A stretch of DNA of 64,000 bases from an uncultured Acidobacteriota bacterium. Lineage in GTDB: Bacteria > Acidobacteriota > Thermoanaerobaculia > Multivoradales > SZUA-115. Under the pieces are notes generated by a model. It was not told the origin of the DNA. It was given only the letters and a program-made list of their open reading frames with translations, and made no database searches. Within the stretch, counting starts at the first letter, position 1. Every line of letters starts with the position of its first letter. Below are positions 1 through 9,066 of the stretch, piece by piece. The stretch covers positions 960,001 to 1,024,000 of the forward strand of contig CAWDVR010000001.1 of the NCBI GenBank assembly GCA_963805975.1, in the 5' to 3' direction. The translations under genes were made by a program, and so were the position numbers.

Positions 1-516
1 ACGAGCGCCGGCGAGGATGCCGTGCCGGCGGAGGCCGCCCAGCCCCTGGCCGAGCCCGAGCCTCCGCCTTCCGACGCGCTCCCCGAACCCGACACGGGCG
101 CACCGGCTGCGCTGGAGCCTGCCGTGCCCGCGGCCCCCGCTCCCGCGGCGCCGGCGGCTCCCCTGGCCGCGGCGGCTTCCGCGGTGCAGTCCATCCGCTG
201 GGAGGCGGGCTCCGGCTCCACGACCGTGGTGATCCAGGCCGACGGCGAGGTGCCGCGCGCCAGCCTGGTCGCCAGCCCGCTCTCCGGCGGCAGCCCCCGG
301 CTGCTGCTGCGCATCCGCGGCATCGGCCGCCAGTACCCGCAGGCCCGGCTGGCCGTGGGCACGCCCGAACTGACCTCGATCCGCACCGGCCTGCACGCCA
401 CCGACCTGGGCTCGGAGCTGCACGTGGTGCTCGACCTCGGCAGCGCGCGGGTCGTGCTCACCGGCCTCGAGACCACGGGCGGAACCATCCGCGCCGTCCT
501 CTCGCACACCACCTAG
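1..516 (+). CDS. Pro/Ala-rich protein with C-terminal AMIN-like domain (5' truncated by window edge)
   Basis: Frame open from base 1. Low-complexity P/A linker, then 'VVIQADG...PRLLLRIRG...LTSIRTGLH...LHVVLDL', which resembles an AMIN domain. Confidence 0.6.
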   Translation, partial: TSAGEDAVPAEAAQPLAEPEPPPSDALPEPDTGAPAALEPAVPAAPAPAAPAAPLAAAASAVQSIRWEAGSGSTTVVIQADGEVPRASLVASPLSGGSPRLLLRIRGIGRQYPQARLAVGTPELTSIRTGLHATDLGSELHVVLDLGSARVVLTGLETTGGTIRAVLSHTT

Positions 517-1732
517 GACGATTCGCCGGCCGGGACCTCGGCGGCGAGCCGCTGGAGCGTGGAGCCGACCTCGGCCAACGCGCCTTCGGCCACCTCTCCG
601 AGCCAGGCCTGGAGCAGCGCGACCGCCGCCTGCGCCGGGTCGTCCTGTACCTCGGCGCTCGAGGTTTCGAGCAGCAAGGCGTAGTCCCTGATCTCGGCCG
701 CCCAGCCCTCGGCCTGGCGGGCCATGCCGGCGAGGCGCAAGGACAGCCGCGCCGCCGGGTCGAGGGCCGCCAGCGCCGGCCCCACGGTCTGCTCGCTGCA
801 GGCAGCGGCTTCGAGCGCTGCGCCTTGGAGCGTGTTGATCACCTGGTGCAGGGCCAGCGCAAGGCCGGCCCCGGCCTCGGTCCTCAGCTCCTCCTCGGCC
901 ATCGACTCGTAGGCGGCCAGGAGCCGGCCGGCCAGGTCCCTCGCCTGCCGGTGCGCGAAGTGGAGCGCCTGCCACGGGCCGACCGCCCAACCGGCTTCCG
1001 GCGGCAGCTCGGCCGGGATCGTGAGCTCTTCGAGCTCCTCGATAGCCGGGCGCACGTGGCCGTCGAGCGCTTTGCGCAGCGCCAGCGACAGCGCCAGCCA
1101 GACGGCGAGCCTCCCGGGCATCTCCCGCGCCGCGAGCAGCCATTCGTAGCGGTCCACCGCGGCCTGGAGCGAGCGCTCGGCCAGACGCAGGGCCACCAGG
1201 GCGCGCCGGCAACTGTAGGCCGCCGGGTCGCGGGGAAAGGCGTCGCGGAAGACCTCGAGCTCCTCCGGCCCGGCCGGTGACCGAGGACGCCGGCCTGCAG
1301 CAGGCCCTGGAGATCCGCCGCGAGCAGCGCGCTCGCGTGCTCGTGGTAGGCCGCCTCCAGATCGCCCTGCTCGAACCGCTCCCGAGCTTCCGTGCCACGG
1401 TCGAGCGCGCTGGCCAGGATCTCCAGCTCATGGAGGATCCCCATGCTGCGCCGGCGCGCGGAGCTGGTGCCGGGGCGTGTCTCTCGCGGCAGGCTTTTCT
1501 GTGCCGCCCGGGCGAAAAGGGCGCGGCCCGCGCTCTCCAAAGCCTCGGCTTCTTGAGTGGAGAAGCACTGGAGGAAGATCTCGGAGAACGCCGAGAAGCC
1601 TGCTTCGGCGAGGCGGGATTCCACCAGCTCGGCCTGTTGGAGAGTGGCTCCCCCCGGCTGCGGCGTCTGGATGCGCTCGGACTTGAGCTTGGTTCCGGAG
1701 GGCTTCCTGCCGGTGGCGGGTGGATCGCTCAT
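513..1732 (-). CDS. Hypothetical alpha-helical protein (~405 aa), split by an apparent 1-nt frameshift near 1270
   Basis: ATG 1732 with GGAGAG RBS (MSDPP..LKSERIQ..). After GHRPG the GC3-rich frame switches to PEELEVFRDAFPRD..., which is continuous with ORF 513-1196. Confidence 0.55.
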
Positions 1733-1896
1733 CGTCTCTCTCCGTCTCCTCGTGGGTGCTCCAGCGAGAAACTGTTGCCCAGGGCGCATTTGTTACTTCA
1801 GAGAGGAAGAACCGTAACATGGAGGAAATAACCGCAATCGAGCACTTTCTCTCTCCAGAGCGAGACACTCTAAGGGGTCGCTGCTAGGCTGGTCCG

Positions 1897-2679
1897 GTGG
1901 AACCCGAGGTCGAGGTCGATCGGCTGAGCCGCGAGCTGGTGGACTTGGTGCACCGCGCCGGTGTGCCGCTGTTCGAGGTGAGCCGCGACATCGGCCGCCA
2001 TCCCAACTACCTGTCGCGGGCGTTGCGCGGCGGCATCGAGCTCAAGGTGCGCGACGTCTTCGCCGTGCTGCTGCAGATCCACCTCAGCCCACGGCAGCTC
2101 TTTCTCTGGCTCTACCCGCTCGGGGGCGAGCTGGCGGCGCGGCGTGATCCGGCCCAAGGCGGAGTACCGGACGATGCCACCGAGCGCCTGCTGCGGAAGA
2201 TCGAGATGGAGAAGGGCCATCTCCGGCGCACGCCCGAGGACTGGACGGCCCGCGTCGCCGGCCTGGTACGTGATCTCCTGCGGCGCAAGGGCGTACCGCA
2301 GGCAACCGCGAGCCAGGAGCTGGGCCTGGGGCCGAGGGCCTTGCCCCAGGTGCTGGCGGGGAAGACCAAGCTCAAGCTGAGCCATCTCTTCCGGGTGCTG
2401 GCCCTTACCGAGACGCCTCCCGGCCGGTTCTTCCTCGAGCTGTTCGGCGCTCCCGAGGGTGACGCTTTCGCCGCGCTCCAGTGGGTGCGCTACCTCGATG
2501 CCCTGGAGAAGGGCTATCCGCGGATGCTCGCGGCGCAGGCGGCCAAAGCAGGGAGGGAAGGAGCCGCGGGCGAGCCGCCGGCTGCGCCGGGACCGGTGGA
2601 GCAGGCGACAGGGAGGCGTCCGCGCCGCGGCCCCGGCCGGCCGCCGCGCCGCCGGCGGGAGCCCTCGTCCGGGCCTTGA
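1897..2679 (+). CDS. Protein with two tandem XRE/Cro-like helix-turn-helix domains
   Basis: Two internal repeats: 'VSRDIGRHPNYLSRALRGGIELKVRDVFAVL' and 'ASQELGLGPRALPQVLAGKTKLKLSHLFRVL'. Confidence 0.7.
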   Translation: MEPEVEVDRLSRELVDLVHRAGVPLFEVSRDIGRHPNYLSRALRGGIELKVRDVFAVLLQIHLSPRQLFLWLYPLGGELAARRDPAQGGVPDDATERLLRKIEMEKGHLRRTPEDWTARVAGLVRDLLRRKGVPQATASQELGLGPRALPQVLAGKTKLKLSHLFRVLALTETPPGRFFLELFGAPEGDAFAALQWVRYLDALEKGYPRMLAAQAAKAGREGAAGEPPAAPGPVEQATGRRPRRGPGRPPRRRREPSSGP

Positions 2680-2685
2680 AGAAGG

Positions 2686-3834
2686 TCAATGCAGGCGCAG
2701 GGCGTGGAGCTGGTCGATGACCTTCGAGACCTGCGCCGCCGTGGCGCCGGAACGCCGGGCCGAGTCCGCGAAGAGCAGCAGGCTCGCCGCGGCTTCGCGC
2801 GGGATGGCCTTGTCCACGAACACGGGGTACATCTCCTCGACAAGTTGCTTCACCTTGCGCAGGTCGTGCTCCTCGGCATGGACCAGGGCCAGGTCCAGGG
2901 TGGAGAGCGCGGCCTCGTAGGCCAAGCCCTCCTTCTGGAAGCCGACCCGCACCGAGTCCAGGTACTCGATGGCCTCCGCCCGCTCGTGGCAGCGAGCATG
3001 GAGGCGGCCCTTGATCCAGCGGCCCCGCAGTGTGAGGCGCCGGTCGCCAACGAGGGGGTAGGCTACCTCGCAGGCCATGGCCATGAGGAGGGCCTGATCG
3101 TAGCGGCCGAGGTCGGCGAGTAACTGCACACTCGGATGCACCGCCCGGAAATAGAGCTCAGGGTCACGCTGAGAATCGAGCAGCTCAAGGGCGCGGAGCA
3201 CCTCGTCGAAGGCCTGCTGAGGCTTTCCCGTGTACGAGAACGCAATGCCGAGCGCTACGCGGAGCTTTCCCTCGCCGTGAGGATCGCCGAGTTTTGCCTG
3301 GAAGCGCAACGCCGCACGAAGGAGGTCAGTCGCTTCGTGGAATCTGCGCTGCGACCTCCTGAGTGCTGCCTGCATGCGAAGGGCATCGATCTGGAGGAGG
3401 CGGTCACCACTGCCACGGCTCAGGGCGAGATGTACCTTGCGCCAGAGTCGTTCTGCGCTGGAAAAGCACCCTTGAATACGCTGCAGGTTCGCGAGGTAGG
3501 CCAACGCCTCGACACAGAGATCCGCGGCGATCCTGGTCTGAGGAAACACTCTGACTGCGCGAAGCGCAACTTCGAGTGCGCGCCTCGCAAGGCGCATTGA
3601 CTCACCAAGGTCTCGCTCTCGGACCTTCGTGGCCCGGCCGAGCAAATGCTGCACCAGATCAGGGTAGACGGCTGGCGCATACTCCTTAAGGAGACACCGC
3701 CGCTCGGCTCGGGAGGCCGCAACCAGTTGCTCGGCGAACGCCACCGCTGAGGCCGGACGGGCCGCTGCCATCCCGCCCGCATTCTCCATCGCCCGGCGGA
3801 TCACGGCATCGTACGACACGCCTTCCTGCCTCAT
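2686..3834 (-). CDS. Tetratricopeptide-repeat (TPR) protein
   Basis: 382 aa of helical repeats (LAYLANLQRIQGCFSSAE; LGIAFSYTGKPQQAF; YEAALSTLDLALVH). Confidence 0.75.
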   Translation of the reverse strand: MRQEGVSYDAVIRRAMENAGGMAAARPASAVAFAEQLVAASRAERRCLLKEYAPAVYPDLVQHLLGRATKVRERDLGESMRLARRALEVALRAVRVFPQTRIAADLCVEALAYLANLQRIQGCFSSAERLWRKVHLALSRGSGDRLLQIDALRMQAALRRSQRRFHEATDLLRAALRFQAKLGDPHGEGKLRVALGIAFSYTGKPQQAFDEVLRALELLDSQRDPELYFRAVHPSVQLLADLGRYDQALLMAMACEVAYPLVGDRRLTLRGRWIKGRLHARCHERAEAIEYLDSVRVGFQKEGLAYEAALSTLDLALVHAEEHDLRKVKQLVEEMYPVFVDKAIPREAAASLLLFADSARRSGATAAQVSKVIDQLHALRLH

Positions 3835-3908
3835 GGTGCCTGCGAGTTTACCGCAGGGCGGAAAACCGCAGGAAAGCGATTTATTCCCAACGCGTGGGAC
3901 GGGCGCCC

Positions 3909-4262
3909 TCAGCGCTTACCGTCCGGGTCCCCCAAGGGCCCGTCCTCCGTGCAGTCGCCGAGGCCACGCCCAGCTGGGTCGAGGGCTGGCCCATCATTCG
4001 TGCAGTCTCCAATCCCGCAGCCGTTGGGGTCCAACGCCGGCCCATCGCTTGGCAGATCGCCGGCCCCGTCGCCAGTGGGGGCCGACGCGCGCCCGTCAGT
4101 GTCAGCCCCCGGGCCATCCTTGGCCCACAAGTCCGCCAGCCAACCCCACGCCACCGCCCACCAGCCGACACCGAGCCGCATTGGCGCGGCCCAAGCCGCG
4201 GGAGCGGCGAGCGCCACGACCAAAAACAGCGCCGTGAGGCGACGAGTTATCGAGATCTTCAT
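3909..4262 (-). CDS. Small secreted peptide with Trp-rich segment and DGPxxDPxG repeats
   Basis: Strong RBS GAAGGAGG. Sec-type signal peptide ending AWA, then WWAVAWGWLADLWAK, then four DGPxxD(P/T)xG units, the last three at a 17-aa period. Confidence 0.75.
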   Translation of the reverse strand: MKISITRRLTALFLVVALAAPAAWAAPMRLGVGWWAVAWGWLADLWAKDGPGADTDGRASAPTGDGAGDLPSDGPALDPNGCGIGDCTNDGPALDPAGRGLGDCTEDGPLGDPDGKR

Positions 4263-4595
4263 ACTTCCTCCTTCACTGCTGCGAGTCCACGGCCAGCCAC
4301 CCCGGCGGACCGATCGAGCGGCTTGACCCCTGCCATTGTGTGGCGGTTGGCCCTCGAAAGCACCCTATTGGAGCGAAAAATATCTAGAAAGCGTGACACG
4401 AGGCCGCCGAGCGGCATTCGGGGATGCCTCGGCTGCCAGGAGCCGCGCGGTCCGAGGCGGCCGGCGGAGTAGAGGGCCGGGCTGAGCGGTCGTGTGGCGC
4501 GGGCTCTCGGGCGACCGCCCTAAAGGCGCATCGCGATTGTCTTTTCACCGTCACGAGCGCGGGCCTGGTTTGGGCTACACTAGGCGGTCCTGGTC

Positions 4596-5708
4596 ATGCG
4601 TGAAGGCACTTCGGTCAGCCAGCTCGATCGGCTCAAGCGCGAGATGCTGCGCCGTGCGGTCGAGGAGAACCTCGAACTGATCCACGGCCGCTTGCCGCGC
4701 GTCGCCAAACCGGCGCGCCGGCGCTCCTGGGTGAAGGGCGCCGCCCTGGCGCTCGCCTTGCCCGCCGGACTCCTGGTCTCGAGCTACGCCTGGACCGGCA
4801 ACCACGCGGGCACCGCGGCCCAGCCCGCGGCCGGCTTGGCCGCCAGCACAATCGAGGGGAGCGAGGCGGCCGGTGCACCGGAGATCGTCTTCCCGGCCGT
4901 GCGCCCCGGCGAGGCGAGCGGGCCGCCGGAGCTCGCGACCGAGCTGCTGGCCGCCGCCACCGCCGCGCCCGTGGACGCCGGCGTGTTCCCGCTCGAGGTG
5001 CGACGGGTGGTGATCGATCCCGGCCACGGCGGCGAGGCGCTCGGCACCCACGTCAAAGACGGCATGATCGAGAAAGAGATCACGCTCGACATCGGGCTGC
5101 GCCTGAAGCGCATCCTGGCGGAGGCCGGCCTCGAAGTGGTGATGACCCGCGAGCGGGACCAGGCCGTCTCTCTCCAGGAGCGCGCCCAGATCGCCAACCA
5201 GGCGGCGGCGGACATCTTCGTCTCCATCCACGTCAACTGGATCGACGACGGCGGTGACACGCGCGGGGTCGAGACCTACTTCCTGGGCACCGCCCAGGAG
5301 GCGTACCTGAACCGCCTGGCCGCTTTCGAGAACCACGACTCCGGCTATGCGCTGGCCGACCTGCGGACACTGCTCGACAAGATCTACAGCGGCGTGCGGG
5401 TGAGCAAGTCCCGCGACTTGGCCGAGGCCGTGCAGGCGTCGCTCTACCGCTCGCTCTACAAGGTCAACCCGGAGCTCCGCAACCGGGGCGTCAAGACCGC
5501 CCCCTTCATCGTCCTCGTCGAGACCCAGATGCCGGCGATCCTGGCCGAGGTCTCGTGCCTGTCCAACGACCGCGAGGCCTCTCTGCTGTCGCAGCCCCTC
5601 TACCGGCAGTTCATCGCCGAGTCGCTGGCGCGCGGTGTCACGGACTACGCCGGTACGGCCTCGGCTCCCGCGTCCGTCGCGGTCGCCTCTCTCTCGAAAG
5701 GAAAGTGA
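4596..5708 (+). CDS. N-acetylmuramoyl-L-alanine amidase (Amidase_3) with N-terminal membrane anchor
   Basis: Motifs IDPGHGG, EKEITL, SIHVN, ILAEVSCLSN. Confidence 0.92.
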   Translation: MREGTSVSQLDRLKREMLRRAVEENLELIHGRLPRVAKPARRRSWVKGAALALALPAGLLVSSYAWTGNHAGTAAQPAAGLAASTIEGSEAAGAPEIVFPAVRPGEASGPPELATELLAAATAAPVDAGVFPLEVRRVVIDPGHGGEALGTHVKDGMIEKEITLDIGLRLKRILAEAGLEVVMTRERDQAVSLQERAQIANQAAADIFVSIHVNWIDDGGDTRGVETYFLGTAQEAYLNRLAAFENHDSGYALADLRTLLDKIYSGVRVSKSRDLAEAVQASLYRSLYKVNPELRNRGVKTAPFIVLVETQMPAILAEVSCLSNDREASLLSQPLYRQFIAESLARGVTDYAGTASAPASVAVASLSKGK

Positions 5709-5709
5709 A

Positions 5710-6747
5710 GTGCTGCAATCGAATGGCAACGTGCTCTCGGTCGGCATCGACCTCGGCACCTCGCGCAGCTCGGTGTCGGTGTCGAACGGCCAGCGCCAGG
5801 TGATCGACAGCTACGTGGGCTACCCGGTGGACATGGTGGCGCGCAAGGTGCTCAAGAAGGACGTGCTGGTGGGCCGCGACGCCCTCGAGTACCGGAGCAT
5901 GGTCCACTTGTACCGCCCGCTCGAGGAGGGTCTCATCAAGGAAGGCTCGGAGAAGGACGAGACGGCGGTGCGCGAGCTGCTCAACTACCTGCTGCGCCTC
6001 GCCGGTGCCGACCCCTCGTCGCGCAACGGCGCCAAGGTGCGGGCGGTGGTGGGGGTGCCGGCCGAGACGCTGCGCACCAACAAGCAGCAGGTGAGGAAGG
6101 CCATGGCGGGCCTGGTCGACAGCCTGATGATCGTCTCCGAGCCCTTTGCCGTGGCCTACGGCCTTGAGGCCCTGCTGCACACCATGGTGATCGACATCGG
6201 CGCCGGCACCACGGACTTCTGCGTGATGAAGGGCCGCTTCCCGAGCGAGGAGGAGCAGCGCACGCTCACCACGGCCGGCGACTGGATCGACCAGCAGCTC
6301 TTCCGCCTGGTCCAGGCCCGGCACCCGCAAGCCAAGTTCTCGATCCACATGGTGCGGGACTGGAAAGAGCAGACGAGCTTCGTGGGCGAGCCGCCGATCC
6401 AGGTGCGGGTGACGGTGCCGGTCGAAGGGCGGCCGACCGAGATCGACATCACCGAGGAGATGCGACAGGCCTGCGAGGGCATCCTGCCGTCGATGGTCGA
6501 GACCATGGTCGACCTCCTGTCGCGTGTCGAGCCCGAGTACCAGGAGCGGGTGCGGCAGAACGTCATCCTCGCCGGTGGCTCGGCGCTCATCGGCGGCCTG
6601 GGAGCCTACCTGCAGAAGGAGCTGGTCCAGGTCGGCGGCGGGCGCGTGCGGGTGGTCAAGGACCCGATCTTCTGCGGCTCCGACGGCGGCCTGGCCATCG
6701 CTCTCGACGCGCCGGACTCAGACTGGGAAAAGCTGGCGGCGGGGTAG
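5710..6747 (+). CDS. mamK: MamK-like bacterial actin
   Basis: Actin motifs GIDLGTS, SEPFAVAYG, DIGAGTTD, LAGGS. Segments VGYPVD, KEQTSFVG, EPEYQERVRQNVILAGG and KDPIF match Magnetospirillum MamK as I recall it better than MreB. GTG start 1 nt after the amidase stop. Confidence 0.8.
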   Translation: MLQSNGNVLSVGIDLGTSRSSVSVSNGQRQVIDSYVGYPVDMVARKVLKKDVLVGRDALEYRSMVHLYRPLEEGLIKEGSEKDETAVRELLNYLLRLAGADPSSRNGAKVRAVVGVPAETLRTNKQQVRKAMAGLVDSLMIVSEPFAVAYGLEALLHTMVIDIGAGTTDFCVMKGRFPSEEEQRTLTTAGDWIDQQLFRLVQARHPQAKFSIHMVRDWKEQTSFVGEPPIQVRVTVPVEGRPTEIDITEEMRQACEGILPSMVETMVDLLSRVEPEYQERVRQNVILAGGSALIGGLGAYLQKELVQVGGGRVRVVKDPIFCGSDGGLAIALDAPDSDWEKLAAG

Positions 6748-6946
6748 GTCAGCGGAAGTCTGTCACCCCGGCGCGCCGCGATCTCCTACAGCGACAACTG
6801 CCGAGCTCTTGTTGTTGCGAGGGCGGCAGTCCGTTCCCTCATGGCGTCCACTAGTGTTCAGCATCGAGAGTCCCGGGAGGAGGGAGCGCCCTCGGCCCCA
6901 TGCAGCTCGTCCGCTCCCGGGCGGCATGTGAAATTGAGGGGGAAGG

Positions 6947-9010
6947 ATGCCCGCTAACTCGGACGGGAAGTCGCGGATCGAGCGCTGGACCCACGTCTTC
7001 TACGTCGGCTTCGCTCTCCTTTTCTGGGGAATGATCGCTGCCCTCTGGCAAGGCGGCTGGTCTGCTTTCTGGTCCTTCTGGGGTCTCTATTTCAAAGTCG
7101 CACTCGTGCTCATCGTGATGACGGCCATCGTGAGCGCTCTGCGCGAGGGTCCCACGGAGCTCCTTAAAACGGCATGCCTCGGAGGAGTCTTGCTCTGGAT
7201 GCTCTACGCCGGGAGCTTCAGGAGCTGGAAGGCTGCGGCCGTGGACTCGCTGGCCGCCATTCTTGCGTTGCTTGCGACGAGCGCCGTGATGCGCGGTCTG
7301 ACCCTGGCGCGAGACCGCAAGGCACAGCGCTGGGAGGACGTCGCACCCGCGGGCATGACTGACCTCGACGCTGTCGTATGGGGTCTGCTGGCCTGGCTGT
7401 TCCTCTCGGTTTTCTCACTCCTGCGCTCCGGGCCGCTTCCGACCGACCCGGGCCGGTTCGCCAGGCTGGCGCCCGAACGAGCGGTCGCCGGGGCGTCCGC
7501 GCAACGATGGAAGGATCTGCGGATCGGTCTGGCGCTCTCCGGAGGAGGCTACCGGGCGGCGGTCTTTCATGCGGGAGCTCTCCAGGCCCTGGAGGATCTC
7601 GGGGTCCGAGTGACCCACCTCAGCACCGTTTCGGGCGGCTCGATCATCGGTGCCTACTACGCTATCGGCGGTGATCCGCGCGTGTTCGCGGAGGCCGTCG
7701 GCGAGGGGCGATTCAACCTGAAGCGGGAGCTGATGCTGATCCACAACGCCGTCCGTCTCGTCTTCCCCATGAAGCTGCCGAGCCTCGAGGTGGAGCTGCT
7801 GCCGTTGGGCAGCTTCGATCGACTCGACGTCCAGCGGAACCTGCTGGAGCGCACTCTCTTTTCGGCTGCGGCGCTGCAGGGCGGCCTCGGTGAGAACGAG
7901 GCGGAGACGGGCCAGCCGCGCCTGATGATCGCGGCGACGGACCTCACCTACGGCTTCCAGATCGGGTTCCTGCCGGACGGCATGCTCAAGCTCGGGGACG
8001 GCGTGGGCGGCCGCAAGGTCTACCGCGGCGCCGCGTTCCAGCCCGCGGAGCGACTGGGCCTCGCGGATCGGGTGGCGGTCTCGGGCGCCTTCCCCCTGGC
8101 GTTCCCGGCTCGGCCCTTGGTCGTCAAGGTCGTGCCCGCGGACGCCACGGGACTCGGTGAACGGCCTCTCCTGCTCGTGGATGGCGGGATCCGAGACAAC
8201 CTGGGCTTCGATCTCCTGCGCGTCGCCGATTCGATGGCCGATCCCGAGGCGGAGAAGCAAGGCGTCGGAAACTACTTCATGCCTCGGGAGTGGGATCTCG
8301 ATGCCATCCTCAGGTCCGACGGCGGTGCGGTCCTCGGCGTGATGGAATCTCGGACCGGCTCGCTCAGCCTTCTCTCCCGCGCCTTCGAGGTCGCAGAGAT
8401 CGAGACGTACGCCCCCGCCGCTCCGAGGGATCGATGTGCCTTCGCGCTCGAGCACCCTCCGACCTTCTCGCCCGCCGAGCAGATGCTCCCTCCGGACACG
8501 CAGTTCAACCTCAAGAAGGACTCCGCCCATCGCGCGGCGCTCGAGCGGGTGTGGAACGTGTCGTTCGATCCGGCGCGCTATCCGGAGGCGGTGCTCCGCC
8601 GGCTGGTCGAACAGGTTCCGCCCGGAGAGCGAGGCCAGGCGGAGGCCGCGATGGAAGCGTTCCTGCGCACCTGGGGCACTCACCGGACGCGGGACCGATC
8701 CTGGTCCCGGGCGCTCGACGGCGCGGTGTGTCCACCCGGGACGGCTACCGGCCAGGCCGCGGCTTCTCCAGCAGGCGCGGCGATGCCGGGAGCCTGCGAG
8801 GCCCTGCACCTGCGGGACCTGGTCCGGGAAGGGGTGATGACCGGCCTCGAGGTCTTCCGGGCCACCTCGACCCTCGACGATCGCATCTCGCCCAAGGCCG
8901 TCGAGACCCTGGAGCGCCTCGGCAAGATCCTGGTCTATCTCGAGTGGCCGAGGATGGAGAGGACGCTCGACCTGGCTGCCGGCGAGTGCTCCCTGGCGAA
9001 GGTCGAGTGA
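6947..9010 (+). CDS. Patatin-like phospholipase with N-terminal multi-pass membrane region
   Basis: LALSGGGYRA, STVSGGS nucleophile elbow, VDGG catalytic Asp. About five hydrophobic helices in the first 160 aa. Confidence 0.85.
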   Translation: MPANSDGKSRIERWTHVFYVGFALLFWGMIAALWQGGWSAFWSFWGLYFKVALVLIVMTAIVSALREGPTELLKTACLGGVLLWMLYAGSFRSWKAAAVDSLAAILALLATSAVMRGLTLARDRKAQRWEDVAPAGMTDLDAVVWGLLAWLFLSVFSLLRSGPLPTDPGRFARLAPERAVAGASAQRWKDLRIGLALSGGGYRAAVFHAGALQALEDLGVRVTHLSTVSGGSIIGAYYAIGGDPRVFAEAVGEGRFNLKRELMLIHNAVRLVFPMKLPSLEVELLPLGSFDRLDVQRNLLERTLFSAAALQGGLGENEAETGQPRLMIAATDLTYGFQIGFLPDGMLKLGDGVGGRKVYRGAAFQPAERLGLADRVAVSGAFPLAFPARPLVVKVVPADATGLGERPLLLVDGGIRDNLGFDLLRVADSMADPEAEKQGVGNYFMPREWDLDAILRSDGGAVLGVMESRTGSLSLLSRAFEVAEIETYAPAAPRDRCAFALEHPPTFSPAEQMLPPDTQFNLKKDSAHRAALERVWNVSFDPARYPEAVLRRLVEQVPPGERGQAEAAMEAFLRTWGTHRTRDRSWSRALDGAVCPPGTATGQAAASPAGAAMPGACEALHLRDLVREGVMTGLEVFRATSTLDDRISPKAVETLERLGKILVYLEWPRMERTLDLAAGECSLAKVE

Positions 9011-9016
9011 AAGGCA

Positions 9017-9042
9017 CGACCCCGGCCGGGCGGCCAGGGTCG
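9017..9042. terminator. GC-rich hairpin between convergent genes
   Basis: Inverted repeat CGACCCCGGCC-GGGC-GGCCAGGGTCG with one mismatch. No clear U-tract. Confidence 0.4.
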
Positions 9043-9066
9043 GTTGCTGCTTGACTGCTGCTGCGG

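Noticed and set aside
3909-4100. CRISPR-like or non-coding tandem repeat (51-bp period)
   Set aside because: The repeats are degenerate at synonymous positions, in frame within a peptide ORF, and have no spacers or cas genes.
5710-6747. Magnetosome island
   Set aside because: Only a MamK-like gene is present. No other mam/mms/feo genes are recognisable in the window.
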